This document shows positions 1 to 12,032 of a stretch of 64,000 nt of DNA, piece after piece. Positions within the stretch are counted from its first letter, which is position 1, and every line of letters starts with the position of its first letter. The position numbers were made by a program, and so were the translations under genes. This DNA is from an uncultured Gemmatimonadales bacterium (GTDB taxonomy: Bacteria; Gemmatimonadota; Gemmatimonadetes; Gemmatimonadales; GWC2-71-9). Location: positions 1,216,001 to 1,280,000 of the forward strand of contig CAVYSW010000003.1 in NCBI GenBank assembly GCA_963771275.1, given 5' to 3'. Under the pieces are notes generated by a model. That model saw only the letters and a list, made by a program, of their open reading frames with translations. It did not search any database and was not told the DNA's origin.

Positions 1-683
1 GGGTACCCAAGACCATCGACAACGACGTCCGCGGCACGGTCATCACGTTCGGGTTCGACACGGCGGTGAACACCGCGACCGATGCGATCGACAAACTCCA
101 CTCGACGGCGGAAAGCCACCAGCGCGTCTTCGTGGTCGAGGTGATGGGACGGAACGCCGGCTGGATCGCCCTGAACTCGGGCGTCGCCGGGACGGCGGAC
201 GTGATTCTGATTCCGGAGATCCCGTATGATCTGGAGCGGGTGTGCGACAAGATCCGCGCACGCGAGGGAATGGGCCGGCACTTCAGCATCGTGGTCGTGG
301 CGGAAGGTGCGAAGCCCCGGGGCGGCACGGAAGTGATCAAGGAAGGCGCTGCCGCGGGCCGGGTCGCGCGGCTCGGCGGCATCGGGGAACGGGTGGCTGC
401 CGAACTCGAAGCCCGCACGGGGAAGGAAACCCGCTGCGTCGTGCTGGGGCATCTGCAGCGGGGAGGAAGCCCCACGACGTTCGACCGCCTGCTCGCGCTG
501 CGGTTCGGCGCTGCGGCAGTGCGGGCCGTGGAGGCCGGTGAGTTCGGCCGCATGGTGGCACTCGATCCGCCGAGGGTCTTGACCGTGCCGCTCGAGGAGG
601 CACTGAGCGGGCACTCGGGAGTGCCGCTGGATCACGACTCACTGCAGACGGCCAGGGATCTGGGGATATCGCTGGGCGACTGA
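1..683 (+). CDS. pfkA: 6-phosphofructokinase (5' end outside window)
   Basis: Frame open from the window start with VPKTIDND; also VEVMGRNAGWIA, LIPE and LGHLQRGG PFK motifs. Confidence 0.95.
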   Translation, partial: VPKTIDNDVRGTVITFGFDTAVNTATDAIDKLHSTAESHQRVFVVEVMGRNAGWIALNSGVAGTADVILIPEIPYDLERVCDKIRAREGMGRHFSIVVVAEGAKPRGGTEVIKEGAAAGRVARLGGIGERVAAELEARTGKETRCVVLGHLQRGGSPTTFDRLLALRFGAAAVRAVEAGEFGRMVALDPPRVLTVPLEEALSGHSGVPLDHDSLQTARDLGISLGD

Positions 684-747
684 GCCGCCCTTCCCTGCCG
701 CCCACCCTCCCGCGAGGGGATGGGCGCGAGAGGTTAGGTTGTAGCTC

Positions 748-3342
748 GTGAGCTATCCGCACCACCACGTCCGCGATCACTATCTCCCCCCCGATCGGGA
801 CGCCTTTCGACAGGCCGAGCCCCGGACGGGACGGGTCATCGTGATCGCCCCGACACGCGCGGCGTGCGAGACCATCGAGCTCGCGTTCGGGCTTCGGCTG
901 GAGACCGTCCTCGAGCGCGAGCACGGACGGGAAATCCGCGAGTTGGCCCGCCGGGGAGCGGGCTTCGGCATCGTCGCCGGGACGGGCACCGGAAAAACGC
1001 TCGCCATCCGGCCGATCGCCGAGGAGGTCCTGCAGGCGCCGCTGCGCGTGGGGGTGGTCAACCGCGAGCGGGAAGCCACGCCGGATACGCCGAGCTGGAA
1101 CGTGATCATCGTGACCACGGGAATCGCGCGGCGTTGGTTCCAGTGTGAGCTGATTGGGCCGCAGGACACGTTGGTGGTCGACGAGATCCACCAGACGTCG
1201 GCGGAGCTGGAGCTGTGTCTCGCCCTGGGCAAGCGCGTCGGGTGCCGTTTCATCTGGCTTTCGGCCACGGTCGATCCGGCGTTCTTCGCGGCCTACCTGC
1301 GCTCGGCGGACGTGCTGGAGACGGCGGCGTTCGATCCACGCCTCGCCGCGCGCGTGGGCGTGCGGGCCGCAGATCCGCTCGAGTTCCTGGACGACCGGTT
1401 CGTGCGACGGGTGCTGCGGGAACGGCGTGGGGTCGCCGTGTTCCTGCCGACCCGGGCGGAGGTGGAAGCGGTCGCCACCGAGCTCGCGGACGGATATCCC
1501 GGGCTCAACGCCACCTTCTACCACGGAGGCGAGCCGATCCGGGTGATCCGGCCGTTCCTCGAGGGGACGGCCGAGCGCCCCTTCGTGCTGGCGATGACCG
1601 CTGCCGGCCAGTCGGCGCTCAACGTGAGCGGACTCGACACGGTAGTGATCTACGATGCGCGGTACGCCAATGTCGTGGAGCGCGGTCGCAACGTGCTCAC
1701 GCGGCAATACCTTGGCGCGAACGAGATCCTGCAGATGGCTGGGCGGGTGCACGGGCGGGTGCCGGACGGCGAGGTGCACATCCTGAGCGATCGGGCGATC
1801 GAGTTCGACGGCCTGCGGCCCACGCCACCCGAGTTCCAGCTGGCCGGAGACTCGGAGCGGATCGCCCTGACCGCCGCCGCGCTGGGCGTCGATCTCGGCG
1901 AGCTGGACCTGCCAGTGCCGATCGATCGCCGGGCCTACCGCAACGCGGCCCGCGAGCTCACCGAGCGCGGGATCATCGACGACGGCCGGCTGACGGGATA
2001 CGGGGCGGACGTGGAAGCCATGCCGGTGGAGCGGCCGTGGGGTGAGCTGCTGGTGCACGCCGACGCCGAGCTCACGCCGCTCGTGGCGGTCGCTGCCAGC
2101 ATCGAGTCCCTCCACCGCATGACGCGCGAGGAGCGGGACCTGCGAGCGCTCGTCGTGCACGGGAGCGATCACCTCACGGCGTACAACGTCTACGCGGAGG
2201 CCGTGAGCCTGCACGGGAGTGTCGGCCTGGTGTACGGGTTGCCGCGCCACCAGTTCCGCGAGACGGTCGCGGAGTGGTCGGCGTCCCGCGGCGTGCTCGT
2301 CAAGGCGCTTGAGGACGCGGCGCTGGGGATGGCGTCGGTCTACCGCACGCTCGAACTGCCGCTTCCGGAGAGCCTGAACACGGCGCGGGGGGGCGCAGTG
2401 CGCGGGTTCCGCGATCTGGTGGCCCGGGTGATGCCGTTCGACCTCGCGATCGAGCAGGAGACCGCACGCGGGGAGCCGGTTCGCGTCAGCCGCGGGTCGT
2501 TCTGCGCGCCTACCGCCGCGGTTGCGGGCCAGATCCGCTACTTCGCCGACCGGTTTGGGGTGCCGCGCGGGGCGATCGAAGGAACCGAGATCCCGTTCGA
2601 TCTCATCCGGCGATATGCCGTGCGCACGCCGCCCGCGGTGCGGTATCGGGACGACCGCCGGCCGGTTGGGCTCGTCGCCGAGCGGGCGTTGACGTACTGC
2701 GGGTTCGAGCTGGAGCGGGAACGCCGGCCGCTGGTGGGGGATTTCCCGGTCGAGCTGGCGGAGCAGGCGCGGTACGCTATTGCTAGGGCATTAGTTGTAG
2801 GCACTACTCCGCATCACGCCCAGCGCCAGCTCGCGAAGTCGATCATCCGGCTGGACGAATACTGGCGGCGATCGGGTGGGGCGCTACAGGCGGCCGACCC
2901 GGACGCTGTTGCCGGGCTGCTGGCGCGGCAGTTGAGCGGGGTGGCGAGCTGGGAGGGATTCCTCAGGACCAGGCTTGAGCTTGATGTCGCGGCCCTGGTT
3001 GACCTGGACACGCGAGCGCGGCTCGATGCCCTGCCCTCTTCGGTGGCGCTGCTTGGCGATCGGATCCCGCTGCGCTACGAAGTTGAGCGGGGGGTGGCGG
3101 TGGTGCGGTTGCGGCTGCGGGAAGGGAAGGCTCGACGCTTGCGCTCCCGGGACCTGCCCCAGCTGGACCGGCCGGTGCGGTTCACCGTCGTTCGGGGGAA
3201 GAGCGACGTGCTCCACGCCGCGTCGATGGAGGAGCTCGAAGAGGGGCTAACGCGACTGCCTCAGGGGCGCCGTCAGGGCCGGACGCGGCGGCCGCGTTCT
3301 GAAGATCGCCCCGCGCGCGGGCGGCGGGGACCGATGCGCTAG
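748..3342 (+). CDS. DEAH/DExH-box helicase, HrpA/HrpB-like
   Basis: GTGTGKT Walker A, VDEIH, SAT and QMAGRV motifs; 864 aa. Confidence 0.8.
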   Translation: MSYPHHHVRDHYLPPDRDAFRQAEPRTGRVIVIAPTRAACETIELAFGLRLETVLEREHGREIRELARRGAGFGIVAGTGTGKTLAIRPIAEEVLQAPLRVGVVNREREATPDTPSWNVIIVTTGIARRWFQCELIGPQDTLVVDEIHQTSAELELCLALGKRVGCRFIWLSATVDPAFFAAYLRSADVLETAAFDPRLAARVGVRAADPLEFLDDRFVRRVLRERRGVAVFLPTRAEVEAVATELADGYPGLNATFYHGGEPIRVIRPFLEGTAERPFVLAMTAAGQSALNVSGLDTVVIYDARYANVVERGRNVLTRQYLGANEILQMAGRVHGRVPDGEVHILSDRAIEFDGLRPTPPEFQLAGDSERIALTAAALGVDLGELDLPVPIDRRAYRNAARELTERGIIDDGRLTGYGADVEAMPVERPWGELLVHADAELTPLVAVAASIESLHRMTREERDLRALVVHGSDHLTAYNVYAEAVSLHGSVGLVYGLPRHQFRETVAEWSASRGVLVKALEDAALGMASVYRTLELPLPESLNTARGGAVRGFRDLVARVMPFDLAIEQETARGEPVRVSRGSFCAPTAAVAGQIRYFADRFGVPRGAIEGTEIPFDLIRRYAVRTPPAVRYRDDRRPVGLVAERALTYCGFELERERRPLVGDFPVELAEQARYAIARALVVGTTPHHAQRQLAKSIIRLDEYWRRSGGALQAADPDAVAGLLARQLSGVASWEGFLRTRLELDVAALVDLDTRARLDALPSSVALLGDRIPLRYEVERGVAVVRLRLREGKARRLRSRDLPQLDRPVRFTVVRGKSDVLHAASMEELEEGLTRLPQGRRQGRTRRPRSEDRPARGRRGPMR

Positions 3343-3378
3343 GACGCCCGGACGGCTGGCGCGGCACTGGGTGAGAGT

Positions 3379-3987
3379 TCAGACTGGACGCGTGAGCGAA
3401 AGAACGCCAGCCCACAGGGCATGCCAAGCCGGCTCGAGGGCATCGGCTGAAGCGCCCGACGCCACTTGGAGTCCCAGCCCGTCGATCACCGCCATCAGGA
3501 GCAGCGCGATCTCGCCGGTCGGGACGCTGGACGTGAGTTCCATGCGGCGGAACAGCGCGTCGACGTCCTCCACCAGTTGGCTCAGCATGCGGAGTCGCGC
3601 ACTGCTGACTGTCCGGACAACCACATCACTAGATTCCATGCCAAGCGCGGTCGAAGCCGCCGTGACCCCTCGCCCTGCCTCATTGGCAATCAGCGACCAG
3701 GCTGCACCGATCACACCCCGTGGATCCGGGCCGTGCAGCGCGACCTTCCAGGCAGCGGCGCGCTCTGCCCAGATGCGCTCTGCAGCCGCCGACAGCAGTT
3801 TGTCCTTCGTCTTGAAGTGATAGTGAACCAATCCTTTGGCGCATCCAGCAGCCGAGGCGACCGAATCAAGCGTCACCCGGGTCACCGGGCCAGCGAGCAA
3901 CTGATCGACTGCCGCGAGGAGGATTGCGGCACTCGCCTCCCGCCGCTTCTGCTCCGGCCTTGCAGTGCGTCGCACCATGATGGTCAC
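3379..3987 (-). CDS. TetR/AcrR family transcriptional regulator
   Basis: N-terminal HTH TLDSVASAAGCAKGLVHYHFKTKDKL. Confidence 0.9.
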   Translation of the reverse strand: MTIMVRRTARPEQKRREASAAILLAAVDQLLAGPVTRVTLDSVASAAGCAKGLVHYHFKTKDKLLSAAAERIWAERAAAWKVALHGPDPRGVIGAAWSLIANEAGRGVTAASTALGMESSDVVVRTVSSARLRMLSQLVEDVDALFRRMELTSSVPTGEIALLLMAVIDGLGLQVASGASADALEPAWHALWAGVLSLTRPV

Positions 3988-4012
3988 CCCACAGAGGCAG
4001 CAAACTGGCCGT

Positions 4013-4070
4013 CTGGACAGTCAATCTTTGATCGTCGGTGCGACAATATACTAACTGACTGGACAGTCAG
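4013..4070. promoter_or_regulatory. Probable TetR operator sites between divergent genes
   Basis: Inverted repeat CTGACTG-ga-CAGTCAG at 4055-4070; core CTGGACAGTCA repeated at 4013-4023, overlapping a minus-strand TTGACT. Confidence 0.6.
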
Positions 4071-4185
4071 CAATGGCTGCCGATCGCCTCACTCGATCAG
4101 ATGCTCTTCGATGCAGCTGCCGCCTGGCACATACCCGCCTCGTTCATTCTGAAACCGGGAATCGTTCGGTACCGTACAACAGGGC

Positions 4186-4668
4186 ATGAATTCGGGTACG
4201 TCGGTCCCGACCGGATCGCAGATCTTCTCCCCGTTGGCGAAGGCGCTGCTGGACGGGTTCGCCGAGGCGGTGGTGCTGTTCGATGCCGACGGCCGCATCA
4301 TGTACGCCAACGCCCCGGCCCGCGAGGTCCTGGAGCGCCTGTCTCAGGGCGGCCTGTTGAACACGAAGGCCCTGTTGCCGCATCTGGGGCGGATGGGGGG
4401 ACGGATCGAGCGTGTCACCGCCGGGCTCGTGCCGGTCGGCCACGCCGTGTACGTGCTGGTCCACAAGCCGGACGCCACGCTGGCGGACCGAGAGCGACGG
4501 GCCATTGTCGAGACGCTCAACGCGACCGGCTGGCGGCTCACCGAAACCGCGCGGCGCCTCGGCATCTCCCGCACCACGTTGTGGCGCCGCCTCCGGCTGT
4601 GGGGAATCGACGGCCCACCCGAGGCGGAGTCCGACCGCGAGGCCGGCGTCGAACCCACCGGGGCATGA
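4186..4668 (+). CDS. PAS-like domain plus Fis-type HTH protein
   Basis: PAS-like start EAVVLFDADGRIMYANAPA; C-terminal Fis HTH ERRAIVETLNATGWRLTETARRLGISRTTLWRRL. Confidence 0.85.
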   Translation: MNSGTSVPTGSQIFSPLAKALLDGFAEAVVLFDADGRIMYANAPAREVLERLSQGGLLNTKALLPHLGRMGGRIERVTAGLVPVGHAVYVLVHKPDATLADRERRAIVETLNATGWRLTETARRLGISRTTLWRRLRLWGIDGPPEAESDREAGVEPTGA

Positions 4669-6854
4669 CCGCGCTCGCCCTCGCGCTGGCGGTGCTCTCG
4701 GCCGTCGCGGGTCCATCCGGAGCCACGCAGGACACGGCGACGTACGCCGACGCGGAGACCGCCGCGCTGGTCGCGCGCGCCCGCGCGCGCCATGCGCGTC
4801 AGGACTCCCTGGTCCGTGACTACCGGGCGCTGATACGCACCCGGTTCGACGCGAGCGCTGGGAAGAGTCGATTCGCGCGACTGAGTCCCCTGATCGCGCA
4901 CGAGAGTGTGGCGCAGATCGTGTGGCGGGCGCCGAACGATCTGAAAGTCGTGCTGCTGGGCGCGCGGACCAAGTCCGTGCTTTCCCGATTCGTGCCGCGC
5001 CGCGCGAACGTGCGGGACGAAGAAGTACGCGTGTCGGTGGGCGACCGTCCGTGGTTCGTGCCCCGCGCGCTCGGCGACAGCATCCGCCTGCTGGGCGTGC
5101 CGGAGACGGCCGCGCTCCATCCGCTGGCTCCCGGCGCAGACGCCTTCTACCACTACGCGATCGTCGACTCGATGATCGTGTCGCTCCCCGGTCACACGAT
5201 TCGGGCGATCGCCATCCGGGTTCGGCCGCGGCGGCTCGGTCCGTCGCTCGTGGCCGGCGACATGTGGGTGGACGCGGAAACGGCCGATGTGGTGCGACTG
5301 ATGGTGACGTTTCTCGGGGACTACCTCTGGTCCGCTCCTGACGACAGCGCCAGCGCCGCGGACAGTGCGGACGCGCGCAAGGACTCGCGACGCGCGCAGC
5401 GGATTCTCACCGTCCAGGCGGACCTCGAGTATTCACTGCACGAGGATCGGTACTGGATGCCGTACCGCCAGGTGCTCGCCATCACCGCCGAGTTGGACTT
5501 CCTGATTCGGCTGGCGGCGCCGTTTCGCGTGATCACGACGTTCAGTGACTACCGGATCAATAGCGATGCGCCCCTCAGCTTCGACGCGCCGATCGACTCC
5601 GTGAGCGAGGGACGAGTGTCGAGGCGGTACTGCCCGCGATGCGGTGCCGACGCGCGGGACCGCACCGCCGCCGCGGTCGGTTACCTGCGCGCCGGCAACT
5701 GGAGCGGGGGACGGTGGGAAGTGGTCGTTCCGCCGGCGGACTCGCTGCGCCGCTACGCGTGGGCGGACTCCCTGCGGCTGGAGGAAGATGACGCGACCGC
5801 CGAGCACATCCGCCAGAGCGTGGCCGAACTGGCGCGCTTGGAGGAAGGCCTGCCCGCGGGATTCCTGCTGCGACGCCGGTTTGGTCCTGCGTGGGAGAGC
5901 GTGGCGGATCTGGTCCGATTCAATCGCGTGCAGGGTGCGTCCGTCGGACTCGGTGTGCGGCTGCGCCCCCGCTTGGCGTTTACGACGATGCTGCTGTCGG
6001 GGCGGTACGGCTTTGCGGACACGCGCGTCACGGGATCGGCCCTGGTGCGACGCGACGCCCCGGGAGGGCTGCTTGAAGTGCGCGCGTTCCGCGAGGTGAT
6101 GGAGGTGGAGCCGTGGACCGGGGGGCTCGGCATTGGCAACGCGCTGAACGCGGTGTTTGCGGCGCACGACGATGCGGATTACTACCTCGCGGTCTGGGGT
6201 GGGCGTCTTGCCTACACGCCCTACACCGGCGCCCTGGAGGACGTCGACCTGGCGATCTCGTATGAACGGCAGCGGAGCATGCGCACGGAGGCCGGCTCCG
6301 CGGTGAACGACCTGCTCGGCGGCTCGGGGGTGATGCCGCCCAACCCCGAAGTGGTGGAGGGCGATTTCGTCCGGGGCCTGGTCAGTCCCCACCGACGGTT
6401 CGGTGCCGTGGACGTGCGGCTCGGGCTCGAGGGGCTGGCGGGCAAACCTGGGGGTGGGATGCGTGGCTGGGTGACCGCGCGGGTCCCCTTCCGCATGCTC
6501 GATCGGACCGGCACGCTCGGTCTCAAGTCCGGGTATGCGCTGGGCGACAGTCTCCCGCAGCTCCGGTTCCGGGCCGGTGGGCCGGCGACGGTGCGGGGCT
6601 ACGACTACGGGACGCGGGTCGGGGCCGGCGTGTGGGCGGCGCAGCTGGACTTGGCGCTGACCCGAAGCTGGCTGCTGGCGCCGGTGGTCTTCGTTGACGT
6701 GGGCGACACGTTCGATCGCGGGAGTTTCGATCCACTGGTGGGTGTCGGCGGCGGTGTTTCCCTGCTCGGAGGCCTCGTGCGGTTCAACGGGGCTGTCGGG
6801 CTCAACCCGCGCTCGGACTTCCGCTTCGATCTGTTGTTCCGTGCGCCGCGGTGA
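4665..6854 (+). CDS. Exported outer-membrane protein with Omp85/BamA-like C-terminal barrel
   Basis: ATGA overlap with upstream gene; signal peptide MTALALALAVLSAVAG; GGPATVRGYDYG (VRGY motif) and amphipathic C-terminal strands. Confidence 0.65.
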   Translation: MTALALALAVLSAVAGPSGATQDTATYADAETAALVARARARHARQDSLVRDYRALIRTRFDASAGKSRFARLSPLIAHESVAQIVWRAPNDLKVVLLGARTKSVLSRFVPRRANVRDEEVRVSVGDRPWFVPRALGDSIRLLGVPETAALHPLAPGADAFYHYAIVDSMIVSLPGHTIRAIAIRVRPRRLGPSLVAGDMWVDAETADVVRLMVTFLGDYLWSAPDDSASAADSADARKDSRRAQRILTVQADLEYSLHEDRYWMPYRQVLAITAELDFLIRLAAPFRVITTFSDYRINSDAPLSFDAPIDSVSEGRVSRRYCPRCGADARDRTAAAVGYLRAGNWSGGRWEVVVPPADSLRRYAWADSLRLEEDDATAEHIRQSVAELARLEEGLPAGFLLRRRFGPAWESVADLVRFNRVQGASVGLGVRLRPRLAFTTMLLSGRYGFADTRVTGSALVRRDAPGGLLEVRAFREVMEVEPWTGGLGIGNALNAVFAAHDDADYYLAVWGGRLAYTPYTGALEDVDLAISYERQRSMRTEAGSAVNDLLGGSGVMPPNPEVVEGDFVRGLVSPHRRFGAVDVRLGLEGLAGKPGGGMRGWVTARVPFRMLDRTGTLGLKSGYALGDSLPQLRFRAGGPATVRGYDYGTRVGAGVWAAQLDLALTRSWLLAPVVFVDVGDTFDRGSFDPLVGVGGGVSLLGGLVRFNGAVGLNPRSDFRFDLLFRAPR

Positions 6855-6904
6855 CCACGCGATCCCAGTAGCGGCTCCGGCCGCCTCCGCCTACGTTCCT
6901 CCGG

Positions 6905-7381
6905 ATGGAGCGTCGTCCGTTCACCGTCGACGAGTATGTGCGTTGGTCAGATGTGGACCACGCGGGCATCATCTTCTACGGCGCTTATGTCCGGTTCTTC
7001 GAGATCGCCGAGACGGAGATGTTTCGCGAGCTCGGACTTCCCTACGGCGAGTTCTTCGACCGGTACGGCATCTGGTTGCCGCGGGTGCATTTCGACTGCG
7101 ACTTCACGTTCCCCGCCCGCCTGGACGATCGACTTCGCGTGGCGGCCTACATCAGCCATTTCGGGGGAAGCTCCCTCACGTTGAGCTTCGACGTGGTTCA
7201 TGCCGGCGCGCGGCGCCTGTGCGCCATCGCGCGTGAAGTGCTGGTGTGTACCGACCGACGTACCATGACGCCGCGGCCGCTGCCACCCGATGTGCGGGCG
7301 CTTCTCGAGCAGTGCGCGTTTACCAGCAGTGAGGTGCGCGAGCATCTGGGCTTGGCGGCCCGTGTGGAGGCAAGCGAATGA
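6905..7381 (+). CDS. Acyl-CoA thioesterase, 4HBT/YbgC family
   Basis: VRWSDVDHAGIIFYGAYVRFFEIA hotdog motif. Confidence 0.9.
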   Translation: MERRPFTVDEYVRWSDVDHAGIIFYGAYVRFFEIAETEMFRELGLPYGEFFDRYGIWLPRVHFDCDFTFPARLDDRLRVAAYISHFGGSSLTLSFDVVHAGARRLCAIAREVLVCTDRRTMTPRPLPPDVRALLEQCAFTSSEVREHLGLAARVEASE

Positions 7382-8004
7382 ACCGAATGGCCCTCATGCT
7401 GGTCATGCTGCTGGCCGCCTGCGGGCGGCGCGGAGCGAAGGAGGCCGCGGCGACGGGGGGTGATCAGGGAGACACCGTGACGGTCGCCGCCGACACCACG
7501 CTGCCGGCCATGCCCTCGCTGCCGGCGCGTCGCAAGGGCTACTTCACCGCGACGGCGGTCGGCGCGGTGACTTTCGAGAAGGCGTGGCCCGCGCGGGCGG
7601 GGCGGTGCGCGCGACCTGCCATGATCCTGGTGCTGGGTGAGGAGGAGGGGAGCGGTGGCTCCATTCTGCTTCAGTTGCCGACCTCGCGCCCGTTGACCGG
7701 CACGTACGCCGTGAAGGTCGCCGATTCCACGGGCATGCCGGAGGCGCCCGCGGCGCAGCTCGGTTTCCAGTTCTTCGACAAGCAAGGCGGGTCGGCCTAC
7801 CAGGCCGCCGAGGGTGCGGTGGTGATCACCAGCCTGGATGATCGGCGCGTGAGCGGTGACTTTCGCGTGACCGTGCGTCACATCGTCACCGACCGACGCG
7901 CCAGGATCGCGGGAGCGTTCCAGGCCGTGGACGTCGAGCCGCTCACCCCCGCATGGTGTGAGTCCGCGCAGGCGGCGCAGGACTCGCTCACCAAGAAGCG
8001 GTAG
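7378..8004 (+). CDS. Hypothetical lipoprotein
   Basis: Lipobox LLAAC after hydrophobic stretch; ATGA overlap. Confidence 0.7.
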   Translation: MNRMALMLVMLLAACGRRGAKEAAATGGDQGDTVTVAADTTLPAMPSLPARRKGYFTATAVGAVTFEKAWPARAGRCARPAMILVLGEEEGSGGSILLQLPTSRPLTGTYAVKVADSTGMPEAPAAQLGFQFFDKQGGSAYQAAEGAVVITSLDDRRVSGDFRVTVRHIVTDRRARIAGAFQAVDVEPLTPAWCESAQAAQDSLTKKR

Positions 8005-8013
8005 CGCGGGTCG

Positions 8014-9207
8014 ATGGCAGCCGGGTACTTCAGGAAGGGCTTCGGCCTCAAGCAGGAGATTGCCGGGGAGCTCAATGCCGCCTACCACAGCCGACTCGTC
8101 GAGCACCTCAAGGCACACGATCATACGCTCGCGGCCGGCGGCCTGACGATCCGGCTGGCCCGGGAGTTTGGATTCTGCTACGGGGTGGATCGGGCGGTCG
8201 AGTACGCCTACGAAACCCGCAAGAAGTTCCCGGACCGCCGGCTGTTCCTGGTGGGCGAGATCATCCACAACCCGCACGTCAACACGCGACTCCGCGAACT
8301 CGGCGTGACGATCATCGGGTACGATCCCGAAGGAGAGTTCGACTTCTCGGCGGTCCGTGCTGAGGACGTGGTCTTGATTCCCGCGTTCGGCGTCACGGTA
8401 CGGGATTTTGCGCGCCTCGAGTCGATTGGCTGCGTGCGGGTGGACACGACGTGCGGCTCGGTGCTCAACGTCTGGAAGCGGGTCGAGCGATACGCGAAGG
8501 ACGGGTTCACGTCGGTAGTGCATGGCAAGCACTACCACGAGGAGACGAAGGCCACGGTGAGCCAGGCCGGGCGCTTCGGGGAAGGGAAGTACCTCATTCT
8601 GCGGGACATGGACGAGGCGCTCGTGCTGTGCCGGTGGATCGCGCATGGCGACAACGCGGCCGATGTGGAGGCGATGTTCGCCGGGCGGGTGTCACGGGGG
8701 TTCGATTTCGCACGCGACCTCGAGCGGATCGGCGTCGCGAACCAGACGACCATGCTCGCGAGGGAATCGCTGGCCATCGCGGCGCGGATCGGCGAGGCGC
8801 TCGCGCGGCGCTACGGGGCGGACCAGCTCGACGGTCACTTCCGGAGCTTCGACACGATCTGCTCCGCCACGCAGGACCGGCAAGACGCCGTGCTCGCCCT
8901 GATCGAGGAGTCGCTCGACGCCATGCTGGTGGTGGGGGGCTACAACTCGAGCAACACGACCAACCTGGCGCGGATATGCGCCAGTCGGGTTACGACCTAT
9001 CACGTCGCGGACGCCGAGTGCATCCGGCCGGAGAGTGGGGCGATTCGTCATAAGCCGGTCGATGGGCACGGCGAGGTGGAGACGACCGGCTGGCTCGACG
9101 GGGTGGCGCGCCTCGGCATTACGGCCGGCGCGTCGACGCCGAACAACAAGATTGGCGAAGCGATCGAGCGGGTGCTCCAGAGCCGGGGCCTGCGGATCGA
9201 CGTCTAG
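8014..9207 (+). CDS. ispH: 4-hydroxy-3-methylbut-2-enyl diphosphate reductase (long type)
   Basis: FGFCYGVDRA, IIHNP, DTTC, TICSATQDRQ, SSNT and TAGASTP motifs. Confidence 0.95.
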   Translation: MAAGYFRKGFGLKQEIAGELNAAYHSRLVEHLKAHDHTLAAGGLTIRLAREFGFCYGVDRAVEYAYETRKKFPDRRLFLVGEIIHNPHVNTRLRELGVTIIGYDPEGEFDFSAVRAEDVVLIPAFGVTVRDFARLESIGCVRVDTTCGSVLNVWKRVERYAKDGFTSVVHGKHYHEETKATVSQAGRFGEGKYLILRDMDEALVLCRWIAHGDNAADVEAMFAGRVSRGFDFARDLERIGVANQTTMLARESLAIAARIGEALARRYGADQLDGHFRSFDTICSATQDRQDAVLALIEESLDAMLVVGGYNSSNTTNLARICASRVTTYHVADAECIRPESGAIRHKPVDGHGEVETTGWLDGVARLGITAGASTPNNKIGEAIERVLQSRGLRIDV

Positions 9208-9261
9208 CGTGGTCGGCGCCCGGCGGCCCCCGGTGCTGCGCTGGCCCGCCCGCTCGGCCGA

Positions 9262-10262
9262 CTAGAACCTCAGCAGTGATGCCCCCCAGGTGAACCCGGA
9301 TCCGAACGAGGCGAGGCACACCAGGTCGCCACGCTTCACCTTCCCGTGCTTCACGACCTCACTGAACGCGATCGGGATGCTCGCCGCGGTGGTGTTGCCG
9401 AACCGGTCGATGTTGCTGTAGACCTTCTCCTCCGGGAGCTCGAGCCGCTTGCGCACCGCCTCGGTAATCCGGAGGTTGGCCTGGTGCGGGATCACGATGG
9501 CCAGGTCGTCGGGGGTCAGCTGGTGCGCACACAGCACTTCGCGGATCACGTCGGGGAACTTGGTGATCGCGTGCTTGAAGACCTCGCGGCCGTTCATGTA
9601 CGGGTAGACCGACCCCTCGTCGATCATCTCCTTGGAGATCCACGGGAGGCAGGCGGCGCCGGGCTTCTGGATGCACAGCTCCAGCGCGTACTTGCCGTTG
9701 CTGTGCAGGCGGTGCCCCAGCACGTGGCTGCCGTTCGCTCCGTCGGTGACTGCCAGACATATCGCGCCGGCGCCATCGCCGAACAGCACCCCCGTGTCGC
9801 GTCCCGCCGTGCTCATCCGGATGCCCGGTGACTGCAACTCGGCGCCGATCAGCAGGACGCGATCGACCATTCCCATGCGGATGTAGCCATCCGCCGCCGC
9901 GAGGCCGTAGACGAACCCGGTGCACTGGTTCCGGATGTCCATGGCGCCGACCTCACCCAGGCCGAGCTTGTGCTGGAGCAGCACGCCATTCCCGGGGAAG
10001 TAGAGATCCGGCGAGAGTGTGGCGAAGATCAGCAGCTGCACGTCGTCGGGGCTCCAGCCGGCGTCGGCGAGCGCGGCCCGGGCCGCGTGCGCGGCGAGGT
10101 CGGTGCACGTGACGCCGGGCGCCGCGAAGTGGCGCTGCTTGATGCCGGTCCGCTCCTGAATCCAGGCGTCGGACGTGTCCATGAGCTGCTCGAGGTCATG
10201 ATTGGTAACGACCCGAGGCGGGACGTAGTGGCCGAGTCCGGCGATGCGCGTCAGTCGTTGGG

Positions 10263-10266
<4 letters not shown>
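9262..10266 (-). CDS. fabH: 3-oxoacyl-ACP synthase III
   Basis: Starts [16 protein letters not shown] at ATGA overlap with fumarase stop; [18 protein letters not shown] and GNT catalytic motifs. Confidence 0.93.
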
Positions 10267-11877
<1,611 letters not shown>

Positions 11878-12032
11878 GGGCACTCCTTACTGTGCCTTCA
11901 GTGCACCGGGTACTGCGGAGCAAGCAAACCCGCTGGCACGCGAGAGGAAAAGGCGACGCGACGCCGAGGGATCTAAGTCTGTCCTGGTAATCCTAAAGCG
12001 AGCCTTAACGCGCGATGAAGCCTGGCCGGAGC

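Noticed and set aside
337..2250. Long antisense or alternate-frame ORFs (also 12840-14429, 32487-34448, 58223-60076 and others)
   Set aside because: Shadow ORFs expected at high GC; they overlap well-supported genes and show no family motifs
2775..2810. Short AT-richer patch within the helicase gene
   Set aside because: Frame is intact and there is no clear promoter or repeat structure; too weak to interpret
4101..4664. N-terminal extensions of ORF-track calls (also 30389, 34844-36838, 43879, 48145, 61876)
   Set aside because: The extensions overlap other real genes; internal starts with an RBS or stop-start coupling fit better
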